Origin: Erysipelotrichaceae bacterium
Lineage (GTDB): Bacteria > Bacillota_I > Bacilli_A > Erysipelotrichales > Coprobacillaceae
DNA: 32,000 nucleotides
Direction: 5' to 3'
NCBI GenBank assembly: GCA_028698185.1
Contig: JAQVDW010000016.1
Coordinates: forward strand, 6,237 to 38,236
The notes under the pieces are model-generated. The model was not told where the DNA came from and did no database searches. It saw only the letters and a program-made list of their open reading frames with translations. A program made the translations under genes and the position numbers. This document shows positions 8,999-16,499 of the stretch, piece after piece (the stretch's first letter is position 1; every line of letters starts with the position of its first letter).

Positions 8999-10562
8999 AA
9001 CGCGTCTGCAGGCTGATTTTTGTCAAAACGGCAATTTCCTTTTCCAGTTCAGGATGGCTCGAAAGCAGGTCGCTGTTGATTTTGAGAGCCTGGTCGATTG
9101 CGAAAAACCGGCACGATGGATGTAGTTGAAGGTTCTTGAGTCTTACCTGGCAAAGGTAATAGAAACTGCGGCTCGATTTCGATCCGGCGCTGGCGACACC
9201 TAAAAGTTCGAGGACCTGGCCGACCGGGGCATTTGTCTGGTTCTCGATCTGTTTTTTCAAAAACATCTGGTAATCATTGTCCTCGCTAACGCCCCCGGGA
9301 AGGTAAAGAGCTCCGTCTTTGCCTTTTATCATCAGGACATTGCTGTTGTGCAGGCAGATGCCATAGAAAGAGTTCGTCAAGGACTGGTGGTTATCTTTAT
9401 TTTCAAGAGCGATCATGAAAGTGTCTGTTGTTCCAGGCTTGTTTGCGATTTCCCGGATGTGGACATCGTTGGTGCTGGAAATCATCGAAAGCAATGCGGC
9501 GCCTTTGAGTTCGGTTTCGAGGCTTGGATGGCTGTGCGATGAGAAATTGGTGATAATTTTGTAGCCGGTGATCTTCCTGAGTTTTTTTAGATAGGAAAAA
9601 CCGCGGGAGTTGGCCTTTAGGATCCTGAGATAGTCGAGTTTCAGGGCTTCGTTGACATCAGTGCGGGTATTGTTCAACAGGATGTGGATGATGGTCCGCT
9701 GGATCCGGGAGCGGCTGTAGCGTTTGGAAGTCAGGGTGTTGACAAAGTCATGCATGCTGTGGCAGGCCATGATATTTTTGCGCATCAGGTTCTCGATTCC
9801 CTCGTCGACCAGGTGGATCTGTGCAAGATTTGCCGGACTGCTGGTTATCAGTTTGTATTTCAACAAGGGAAACAGGTTTTCGAGATAGAACAGGTCCAAA
9901 CAGAAATGCTCGGGACTTATCAGTATCTTCTCAAGATTCTTTTTTTCATAGAGCCCCAGGCGCAGCGAGGTTGCCGAGGGGATTTGAGTGATTGTCTTTT
10001 CATGATATGAATTGGACCGTTTGATGCAGTGGAGATTGATATGCGGGTAGTTGTTGACAACCTCCTTGGTGTAGGCCAGACCCAAAAGGTCGTTGGGCGA
10101 GGCGATGCTTGGCATGTCCAGTTTCTGGAGGGCCTGGTTGCAGGCGTCGCTGTAGGAGATGCCAGTCTTGAGGAAATCTTTTACCAGGTCGTGGTATTCA
10201 TCGGATTCCTGAAGATTTGTGGCAATGTCCAAAAACAGTTCGATGTCGCCGGATTCGCTGCCAAAGACGATGTCGGTGACCTGCATTTCGCTAAGCAATT
10301 TTATTGCGCCCTGGGCAAACTGGTTGGCCGATTGGACGGCGCAGACAAGAGGGAGTTCGACAACCAGGTCACAGCCATGGTTGACTGCGATATTGGCCCG
10401 GTCGAATTTTGAGATTATGGCCGGTTCGCCCCGCTGGACAAAGTTCCCGGACATGATCGCTATTGTCAGGTCCGGTTTGACGATGGCCTTTGCCTGGTTG
10501 ATATGATGGAGATGACCCTGATGGAAAGGATTATATTCTACGATAAGGCCAAGGATTTTCAT
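8997..10562 (-). CDS. tmcAL: tRNA(Met) cytidine acetate ligase TmcAL (YlbM family nucleotidyltransferase) with extra C-terminal domain
   Basis: N-terminus MKILGLIVEYNPFHQGHLHHI plus SGNFVQRGEP is the YlbM/TmcAL HxGH-type signature. SD GGAGGAAAG precedes the ATG. The protein is about 100 aa longer than the B. subtilis protein as I recall it (see findings). Confidence 0.85.
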   Translation of the reverse strand: MKILGLIVEYNPFHQGHLHHINQAKAIVKPDLTIAIMSGNFVQRGEPAIISKFDRANIAVNHGCDLVVELPLVCAVQSANQFAQGAIKLLSEMQVTDIVFGSESGDIELFLDIATNLQESDEYHDLVKDFLKTGISYSDACNQALQKLDMPSIASPNDLLGLAYTKEVVNNYPHINLHCIKRSNSYHEKTITQIPSATSLRLGLYEKKNLEKILISPEHFCLDLFYLENLFPLLKYKLITSSPANLAQIHLVDEGIENLMRKNIMACHSMHDFVNTLTSKRYSRSRIQRTIIHILLNNTRTDVNEALKLDYLRILKANSRGFSYLKKLRKITGYKIITNFSSHSHPSLETELKGAALLSMISSTNDVHIREIANKPGTTDTFMIALENKDNHQSLTNSFYGICLHNSNVLMIKGKDGALYLPGGVSEDNDYQMFLKKQIENQTNAPVGQVLELLGVASAGSKSSRSFYYLCQVRLKNLQLHPSCRFFAIDQALKINSDLLSSHPELEKEIAVLTKISLQTR

Positions 10563-11001
10563 TGGCTTTCCTCCTTTTGAACAGTCTAAAAAAAGTTCCG
10601 CTGATCAATATGGCCACCGCAATGGCCCCCGAGATGATGATGGTGTCGATGAATGTCGCCAGAAACATGTCCTGCTTGTTGTCGGTAAGATAAAGCATCG
10701 TCAAATAGATGCCGCCCCCGGGAACCAGCGGCAGACAGCCGATGACATAGAAGATGCTTGCCGGTGCGCGGACGAACCGGGCGATTATTTCGCCAAGGAT
10801 CGCACATGTCAAGGCACCAAGAAAGTAGGCGAGATAACGTGATTGGCCCTGGCTTTCCAAAAGCCGGTAGACACTCCACCCGGCGACGGAATTCAAAGAG
10901 GCGATTATCATGAATTTTAGATTGAAACTCAAACGGAAAATCAGACCGAATGAAAACATGGAAATGAAGCAGAAAAACGCTTCGTAAATCAAGTTTGTCA
11001 T
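10531..11001 (-). CDS. Threonine/serine exporter family protein, small subunit (ThrE_2/DUF3815-like)
   Basis: 156-aa polytopic membrane protein beginning MTNLIYEAFFCFISMF. Its ATG overlaps the upstream gene's TGA as ATGA. The track ORF (10531..11370) extends 123 codons upstream, through an Arg/Pro/Gly-rich stretch that I take to be a non-coding read-through overlapping the real upstream gene. Confidence 0.75.
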   Translation of the reverse strand: MTNLIYEAFFCFISMFSFGLIFRLSFNLKFMIIASLNSVAGWSVYRLLESQGQSRYLAYFLGALTCAILGEIIARFVRAPASIFYVIGCLPLVPGGGIYLTMLYLTDNKQDMFLATFIDTIIISGAIAVAILISGTFFRLFKRRKANENPWPYRRI

Positions 11002-11744
11002 TTCAACACCCCCATTACCAAACCGACTCCAAGTGCAATCGCAATGGCGATCATCAAAGCCTCGATGATCCGGGAAATCCCCGACAGATAATCTTCGTCG
11101 ATGAAGTCCCGGAGGCTGTTGGTGATGGCCAGCCCGGGGACAAGGAGCATCAGTGTCCCGATTTGCAGGGTGTCCAGATTGTCGCACCAGCCAAGATAGC
11201 CAAGGCTGTTGGCGCCCAGGGCGATAAAGGCGGCCTCGACAAAGGTCCGTACCAGCCGGTTTATCTTCAGCTGCACCAGAAAATAATTGATCCCGTAAAC
11301 GGCCAGGCCGATAAAAAAGGCGCAGACGCAATCGTTCAGGCTGCCCCCGAAGATTCCGGTGAAGCCGCATGCCCCCAGACCATAGCCGATTACCTGGAGC
11401 GATTTGCGATGTTCGACGCTCCTGATCGCGGCGATTTTCTTTTCAATCTCAATCGCCTTGAGATGGTCGATTTCAAGATCGCGCAGCAACTGGTTCAGGC
11501 TGGCAAACCGGTCGAAGTCGATACTGTGGTTGCCGGTCGCCTTGGATATGGTGAATACTTCGTCATTTTTCAGGGTGACGGTAATAATCATATAAGCGGG
11601 CAAGGCAAAAACCGAGATATCGCGGTACTGGTAGCTGGCAAGAATCCGGCTGATTCCGGTTTCGACCCGGGCGATCTCGCTGCCGCACTCGATCAACGAT
11701 ACCCCTAATTCGATAAATTGTTTCACTAATTCTTTTTCTTCCAT
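10998..11744 (-). CDS. Threonine/serine exporter family protein, large subunit (ThrE/DUF1212-like)
   Basis: A soluble N-terminal region is followed by 5 or more TM helices. It is paired and translationally coupled with a DUF3815-like partner, which is the usual two-gene arrangement for this family. Confidence 0.75.
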   Translation of the reverse strand: MEEKELVKQFIELGVSLIECGSEIARVETGISRILASYQYRDISVFALPAYMIITVTLKNDEVFTISKATGNHSIDFDRFASLNQLLRDLEIDHLKAIEIEKKIAAIRSVEHRKSLQVIGYGLGACGFTGIFGGSLNDCVCAFFIGLAVYGINYFLVQLKINRLVRTFVEAAFIALGANSLGYLGWCDNLDTLQIGTLMLLVPGLAITNSLRDFIDEDYLSGISRIIEALMIAIAIALGVGLVMGVLK

Positions 11745-11785
11745 GGCACTTCTCGTAGAATTTCTACAACTCCTTTAACTATTAA

Positions 11786-11814
11786 ATTATAACCTATTTC
11801 CAATGAATTTACAA
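11786..11814 (-). promoter_or_regulatory. Sigma-A promoter for the thrE-like pair
   Basis: On the minus strand: TTGTAA (reverse complement of 11809-11814), 17-nt spacer, TATAAT (reverse complement of 11786-11791). Confidence 0.6.
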
Positions 11815-12021
11815 AATGATTGAGCCGATACTGTAGGCGAGGTCCGGTTGGGGGATGTGATAACCCGGCAACTCACCCTTTGGTTAAAATAAAAAAGTGA
11901 GGTGCTTGCCATCCCGTCTCACGCCAAGAGGGAAGACATATTTTTCGGGTAATGTCTCATAGGGCACAATTTTATGTATTTTTTCGAAAATATAGGCTAT
12001 AATTATCTACATGGAGGATAG

Positions 12022-13455
12022 ATGATGAACGAACTAAATACTTTTTCAAAAACTAAGATTGTCTGTACGGTAGGGCCGGCATCGGACAGCAAGGAAGTCC
12101 TGACGAAGCTGGTCAAAGCCGGGATGGATGTCATGCGGCTTAATTTTTCTCATGGTGACCATCCAAGTCACAAGGCTAAGGTTGATCTGCTTCAGGAGAT
12201 AAACCAGGATCTGGGGACGAATGTTGCTTGCCTGCTGGATACGAAAGGACCGGAAATCCGGACTGGAGATTTCATTGATGGTGTGGCCCAGTTCAAGAAC
12301 GGTCAGGTATGCGTGCTTTGCGTTGAGGATATCGAGGGGACATCGGAACGTTTCAGCGTCAGCTACAAACAGCTGTACAAGGATGTGAAACCAGGGGGAT
12401 TCATATTGATTGATGACGGGCAGATTTCACTGCTTGTGGACCATATCGAAGGGACCGACATCATCACTGTCTGCGCAAATGATGGAGTTGTCAAAAACAA
12501 AAGAGGGGTCAATGTCCCTAATGTCAATTTGAAGTTCGAATATCTTTCGCAAAAGGATATCGATGACCTGGTTTTCGGGTGTTCACAGCCATTCCACTTT
12601 GTGGCGGCTTCATTCTGCCGTCGGGCTCAGGATATTATCGATATCAAGAAGATTCTGATTGCCAATGGCCGTCCGGACATCCAGATCATTGCCAAGATTG
12701 AAAATGTCGAAGGTGTGGCCAACATCGCCGAGATACTGAAAGTTGCCGATGGGGTAATGGTGGCCCGTGGCGATCTGGGGGTTGAGGTTCCGGCCGAGGA
12801 AGTTCCTTTCATCCAGAAAAAGATCATCCGGGAAGCCAAATCGCTAGGAAAGGTAGTAATCACCGCGACCCAGATGCTGGAAAGCATGCAAAACAACCCG
12901 AGACCGACCCGGGCGGAGGTAAGTGATGTCGCCAACGCCATCTATGATGGAACTGACGCCATAATGCTTTCAGGGGAATCGGCCAACGGGAAGTACCCAC
13001 ACGAATCGGTACTGATGATGTCGCGGATCGCTTCATTCACCGAGGCCAATCTCGATTATGACAACCTTCATGCGACAGCGGTGAAAACCGCGTCGGAAGG
13101 TCCAAGCGAGGCCATCTGCATGTCGGCGGCCGAAATTGCGATGCGTTTCAAGGTGGCTGCGATCATTGCCTTTACCGAAACCGGATATACCGCGCGCAAG
13201 ATGAGCCGCTACCGGCCACAGGCGCCAATCATCGCCGCGACGCCTTCGATGGCGACCATGGAATCACTGTCGCTTAGCTGGGGTGTCAAACCTTGCAGCT
13301 GCGTCTCGTTGACGACCCGGGCGAGCATGATCGACTACGCTCAGATCATCGCCAAGGAGAATAATGTCAAGTCAGGGGAGTTGATCCTGGTAACCGGAGG
13401 AACACCGGGACTCAAGGGTGACACTTCATATCTTGAACTTGTCCGAGTGATTTAG
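12022..13455 (+). CDS. pyk: Pyruvate kinase (no C-terminal PEP-utilizer extension)
   Basis: Motifs KIVCTVGPAS, MRLNFSHG, LLDTKGPEIR, AKIENVEG, MVARGDLGVE and ATQMLESM. The start may be the second ATG at 12025, which is better spaced from GGAGGA at 12013-12018. Confidence 0.95.
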   Translation: MMNELNTFSKTKIVCTVGPASDSKEVLTKLVKAGMDVMRLNFSHGDHPSHKAKVDLLQEINQDLGTNVACLLDTKGPEIRTGDFIDGVAQFKNGQVCVLCVEDIEGTSERFSVSYKQLYKDVKPGGFILIDDGQISLLVDHIEGTDIITVCANDGVVKNKRGVNVPNVNLKFEYLSQKDIDDLVFGCSQPFHFVAASFCRRAQDIIDIKKILIANGRPDIQIIAKIENVEGVANIAEILKVADGVMVARGDLGVEVPAEEVPFIQKKIIREAKSLGKVVITATQMLESMQNNPRPTRAEVSDVANAIYDGTDAIMLSGESANGKYPHESVLMMSRIASFTEANLDYDNLHATAVKTASEGPSEAICMSAAEIAMRFKVAAIIAFTETGYTARKMSRYRPQAPIIAATPSMATMESLSLSWGVKPCSCVSLTTRASMIDYAQIIAKENNVKSGELILVTGGTPGLKGDTSYLELVRVI

Positions 13456-13457
13456 AA

Positions 13458-13490
13458 GGGGAGAAAATCTTCCCTTTTTTTCTTATCGGC
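13458..13490 (+). terminator. Weak intrinsic terminator after pyk
   Basis: Short stem ggg(a)g/cttccc around an aaaatc loop, followed by a T7 run. Confidence 0.4.
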
Positions 13491-13560
13491 AGCCTTCGAT
13501 TTAGCGTTTTTGATTAGAATCAGTTGCGAAATATTCCTCTTAAATTACTGAATTTATCGC

Positions 13561-13589
13561 TTGAAATCGGGTTTTTTAAATGCTATAAT
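13561..13589 (+). promoter_or_regulatory. Sigma-A promoter of hup
   Basis: TTGAAA (13561-13566), 17-nt spacer, TATAAT (13584-13589). Confidence 0.7.
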
Positions 13590-13622
13590 TTACCAGTACT
13601 AAATGTTGGAGGGTAGTTAAGA

Positions 13623-13895
13623 ATGAACAAAAAAGAATTGGTAGAGAACGTTTCTCAAGAGGCAAACTTATCAAAGAAAGAAGCGGAAGCTTTAGTCGAT
13701 ACAGTATTTGGAATCATCACCAAACAAGTTTGCAGCGGTGATAAAGTATTAATATCAGGATTTGGTACATTTAACGTTAACAACCGCAGTGCGCGAAGAG
13801 GGGTTTCGCCGAAAACGCAAGAGGAAATACTTATTCCAGCGAATCGCACAGTTAACTTTAAGCCAAGCAAAATTCTTAAAGATCAGATGAACTAA
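13623..13895 (+). CDS. hup: DNA-binding protein HU
   Basis: 90 aa. MNKKELVENVS..., GFGTFNV..ARRGVSPKTQEEILIPA matches the HU/IHF fold signature. GGAGGG SD. Confidence 0.93.
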   Translation: MNKKELVENVSQEANLSKKEAEALVDTVFGIITKQVCSGDKVLISGFGTFNVNNRSARRGVSPKTQEEILIPANRTVNFKPSKILKDQMN

Positions 13896-13897
13896 GC

Positions 13898-13922
13898 GGT
13901 TGCCGATGGCAACTGTTTTTTG
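13898..13922 (+). terminator. Intrinsic terminator after hup
   Basis: ggttgcc-gat-ggcaac(t) stem-loop followed by a T-run. Confidence 0.75.
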
Positions 13923-13974
13923 TCATATTGAGTTCATATTTCTAGTCTAGAATACTCTAAGAGGTGAAAAAAAC

Positions 13975-14658
13975 ATGTCAAATTATGTAATTGGATATAT
14001 CCTGGTTGGTGTCGCCATGGTCATTATGCTCGTGGCCCAATCCCAGGTTCAAAACGCTTATCGCAAGTACCGCAAGGTGCCAAACCATCTGAAGATCACA
14101 GGTGCCCAAGTGGCCCGGGAAATCCTCGATGGCAACGGTTTGCATGATGTGCAGATCGGGCAGGCCCGCGGCCAGCTCTCTGACCATTACCATCCGCTTA
14201 ACAAGACGGTTAATCTTTCAGCGGATATCTACAACGGAACTTCGATTGCAGCTTTGGCAATAGCAGCCCACGAATGCGGCCATGCAATCCAGCATCAACA
14301 GAATTATGCACCACTTAAAATGCGCGGGGCAATCCTGCCGTTAGCAAATGTGGGGAATTACCTGGGCTGGGCAGCCATCATGATCGGATTTTTGAGCGGG
14401 GCGACATCGATCGCCTGGATCGGAGTCGGTCTGATGATGGGAATCCTGGCATTCCAGGTCATCACATTACCGGTGGAATTCGACGCTTCGGCAAGGGCTT
14501 TGGCGATCCTGCAATCCCGCTATCTGTCAAGTGACGAGATGGATGGAGCCAAATCGATGTTGAATGCGGCGGCCCTGACTTACATTGCGGCGGCTTTTGC
14601 GACAGCGATGTCAATTTTGCGGATTGTGCTGATTCTCAGCGGGAACCGCAGAGACTAA
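13975..14658 (+). CDS. YugP-family putative neutral zinc metallopeptidase (membrane)
   Basis: N-terminal TM helix, HECGHAIQH zinc motif and C-terminal TM helices, which is the classic Zn_peptidase_2 layout. Confidence 0.85.
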   Translation: MSNYVIGYILVGVAMVIMLVAQSQVQNAYRKYRKVPNHLKITGAQVAREILDGNGLHDVQIGQARGQLSDHYHPLNKTVNLSADIYNGTSIAALAIAAHECGHAIQHQQNYAPLKMRGAILPLANVGNYLGWAAIMIGFLSGATSIAWIGVGLMMGILAFQVITLPVEFDASARALAILQSRYLSSDEMDGAKSMLNAAALTYIAAAFATAMSILRIVLILSGNRRD

Positions 14659-14660
14659 CC

Positions 14661-14690
14661 AAAGGAGACAGGAAACTGCTCCTTTTTACT
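14661..14690 (+). terminator. Intrinsic terminator after the yugP-like gene
   Basis: Stem aaaggag (14661-14667) pairs with ctccttt (14679-14685), with an 11-nt loop and a short T-run. Confidence 0.5.
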
Positions 14691-14758
14691 TTGCAATATT
14701 ATGGCTGTAAAAAATGGAATTATTGTGATATCATGAAAATTGGACTTGGAGGTTGGAT

Positions 14759-15229
14759 ATGAAAAAATGGATTAAGTACAGCCTGGTGGCTGGGGGCCTG
14801 TTTGTATTAGCGGCCGGTTTGGCCTTTATGATAATCTTCCATCTGCCTTATCAAAAGAATCAAAATCGCCTCAATGCGATTTTAAATGATATATTGGTCG
14901 CCAACGGATATGAGTATGACAACTATTTCAACGAGTATCAAAGTGATGATTTGTATTATATTCTGGCAATTAAAGAGGCCGATGCGAATATCTTTGTCGT
15001 GATCAACGATGAAAATCAGCTGGTGGCCAAGAGAGTGAACAACAGGCTTGAAGACAAGGTGTTTGTGGATGCGTTCGAGGAAAAATACAGTGTGAGTCCC
15101 AGCGCCTTGGAAGTCGGCTATGAAAACTCGACGATGGTCGCGGCTTTGAAATATGTGGGAGAGGAGGAATTGATATACGCTTATTACAATTTGAACACCG
15201 GCGAATTGATCAAGGCGTATATTCTCTAA
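14759..15229 (+). CDS. Membrane-anchored PepSY-like protein, TseB/YpmB-like
   Basis: Start set to the ATG at 14759, 6 nt after GGAGG (14748-14752). Architecture is an N-terminal TM helix plus a small beta-rich ectodomain ending ...YAYYNLNTGELIKAYIL. This resembles my recollection of B. subtilis YpmB (...SYVDFTTGKILKNI). Position upstream of dnaD-nth matches the Bacillus ypmB neighbourhood. Confidence 0.5.
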   Translation: MKKWIKYSLVAGGLFVLAAGLAFMIIFHLPYQKNQNRLNAILNDILVANGYEYDNYFNEYQSDDLYYILAIKEADANIFVVINDENQLVAKRVNNRLEDKVFVDAFEEKYSVSPSALEVGYENSTMVAALKYVGEEELIYAYYNLNTGELIKAYIL

Positions 15230-15230
15230 T

Positions 15231-15827
15231 ATGATCGAATACCTTAAGAAGAACAATCTGATAGATCTCCAGAAACTTCTGCTTTTAAGAGGGAAGGAAC
15301 TGTTTTTGAGCGACAATGAAATATATCTGCTGCTCCATATCATCAACCTCGAACAACTAAATGGCCGGGGCTTGACGATTATCGAGATTTCGAAGTATGT
15401 CGGATTCACCGACAAGGTCCTTGACGATACGTTCAAGTCGTTGTTGAACAAGGAGCTGGTCGCCAACAATGGGGGGCTGTTCAAGATTGCGAAGCTGGAA
15501 CAATTTCTTCTTGGAAAATACGACATGCGCCAGAAGGAGGACAAGCCTGCCGATCTGATCACCGTTTTCCAGGAAAACATGGGTCGTCTGCTTTCCCCGA
15601 TCGAAATGGAGGTAATCCGCAATTTCGTGATGCAGGGATACAGCGAACAGATGATCAAGGAGGCCTTGAAAGAGGCGGTGAAGGCAGGGGTGCCCAAGCT
15701 CAACTATATCGAAAAAATCCTGATCAACTGGCGTGAAAACGGGGTGTCGCATCGGTATGACCATAACAAGCCCCAGCGCGAAGTCGATTATGACGTGGTC
15801 AAGTATGACTGGTTGAACCGGGAATGA
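15231..15827 (+). CDS. dnaD: DnaD-domain replication initiation / primosome protein
   Basis: Winged-helix N-terminal part plus a C-terminal DnaD/DnaB_2 repeat (MGRLLSPIEMEVIRNFV...LNYIEKILINWRENGV). Synteny with nth. Confidence 0.8.
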   Translation: MIEYLKKNNLIDLQKLLLLRGKELFLSDNEIYLLLHIINLEQLNGRGLTIIEISKYVGFTDKVLDDTFKSLLNKELVANNGGLFKIAKLEQFLLGKYDMRQKEDKPADLITVFQENMGRLLSPIEMEVIRNFVMQGYSEQMIKEALKEAVKAGVPKLNYIEKILINWRENGVSHRYDHNKPQREVDYDVVKYDWLNRE

Positions 15828-16468
15828 ACAAAGTGAAAACAATGCGCGTCCTGGAATATTTTGATGAGCTTTATCCGGATGCCTGCTGCGAGCTGAATTA
15901 CCGCAACAATTATGAACTTCTTGTGGCCGTGATGCTTTCGGCCCAGACCACAGACAAGAAAGTGAACCAGGTTACCACCCGGCTGTTTGAAAAGTACCCC
16001 GATGCCACAGCTGTCGCCGCGAGTGAAATCAGGGACCTGGAAGAGATCTTGAAATATCTGGGATTGTACAAAAACAAGGCGAAAAATCTCAAGGCACTCA
16101 GTCAGGTGCTGCTTGATGAATTCGGCGGAGTTGTCCCCGACAAGATCGAACAGCTCCAGAAGCTGCCCGGAGTCGGGAGGAAGACGGCCAATGTCGTCCT
16201 GGTCGAAGGTTTCAAGATACCGGCAATACCGGTGGACACCCATGTGACCCGGGTCGCCAAACGCCTGGGTTTTGCCAAAGTTGACGATGACGTCGTGAAG
16301 ATCGAGGCGAAATTGCAAAGGTCGATCCCTAAAGAGCTTCAGGTCAAGGCCCATTCGCAGTTCATCTTTTTTGGCCGCTATTTCTGCAAGGCCATCAATC
16401 CATCCTGCGGGCAATGTGAGTTGTTCGACATGTGCAAGGATGAAATCAAATACAAGAGAACAAAATAA
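15824..16468 (+). CDS. nth: Endonuclease III
   Basis: Motif LLVAVMLSAQTTD, HhH motif LPGVGRKTANVVL, and an Fe-S cluster C-x6-C-x2-C-x5-C (CKAINPSCGQCELFDMC). ATGA overlap with dnaD. Confidence 0.93.
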   Translation: MNKVKTMRVLEYFDELYPDACCELNYRNNYELLVAVMLSAQTTDKKVNQVTTRLFEKYPDATAVAASEIRDLEEILKYLGLYKNKAKNLKALSQVLLDEFGGVVPDKIEQLQKLPGVGRKTANVVLVEGFKIPAIPVDTHVTRVAKRLGFAKVDDDVVKIEAKLQRSIPKELQVKAHSQFIFFGRYFCKAINPSCGQCELFDMCKDEIKYKRTK

Positions 16469-16489
16469 AGCCACCCGTCCGGGTGGCTT
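16468..16489. terminator. Bidirectional terminator between nth and ponA
   Basis: aagccaccc-gtcc-gggtggctt forms a 9-bp GC-rich stem, with an A-run and T-run on the flanks. Confidence 0.75.
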
Positions 16490-16499
16490 TTGGCTGTGG

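Noticed and set aside
10995-11708. 237-aa plus-strand ORF opposite the thrE-like large subunit, plus the 123-codon N-terminal extension of track ORF 10531..11370.
   Set aside because: Their composition is low-complexity, Gly/Pro/Asp/Gln/Arg-rich, and they overlap hydrophobic membrane-protein genes that are translationally coupled (ATGA). The extension would overlap the upstream gene by about 370 nt.
11840-11870. The aggtccgg string resembles the conserved SRP RNA (4.5S/scRNA) domain IV sequence.
   Set aside because: The GGAA tetraloop and symmetric-loop context (GGAAGCAGCC-like) are absent, and the flanks do not form the long SRP hairpin.
13511-13522. Inverted repeat TGATTagAATCA ~40 bp upstream of the hup -35 element.
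   Set aside because: At 5+5 bp it is too short to distinguish from chance in AT-rich intergenic DNA, and I see no second copy in the window.
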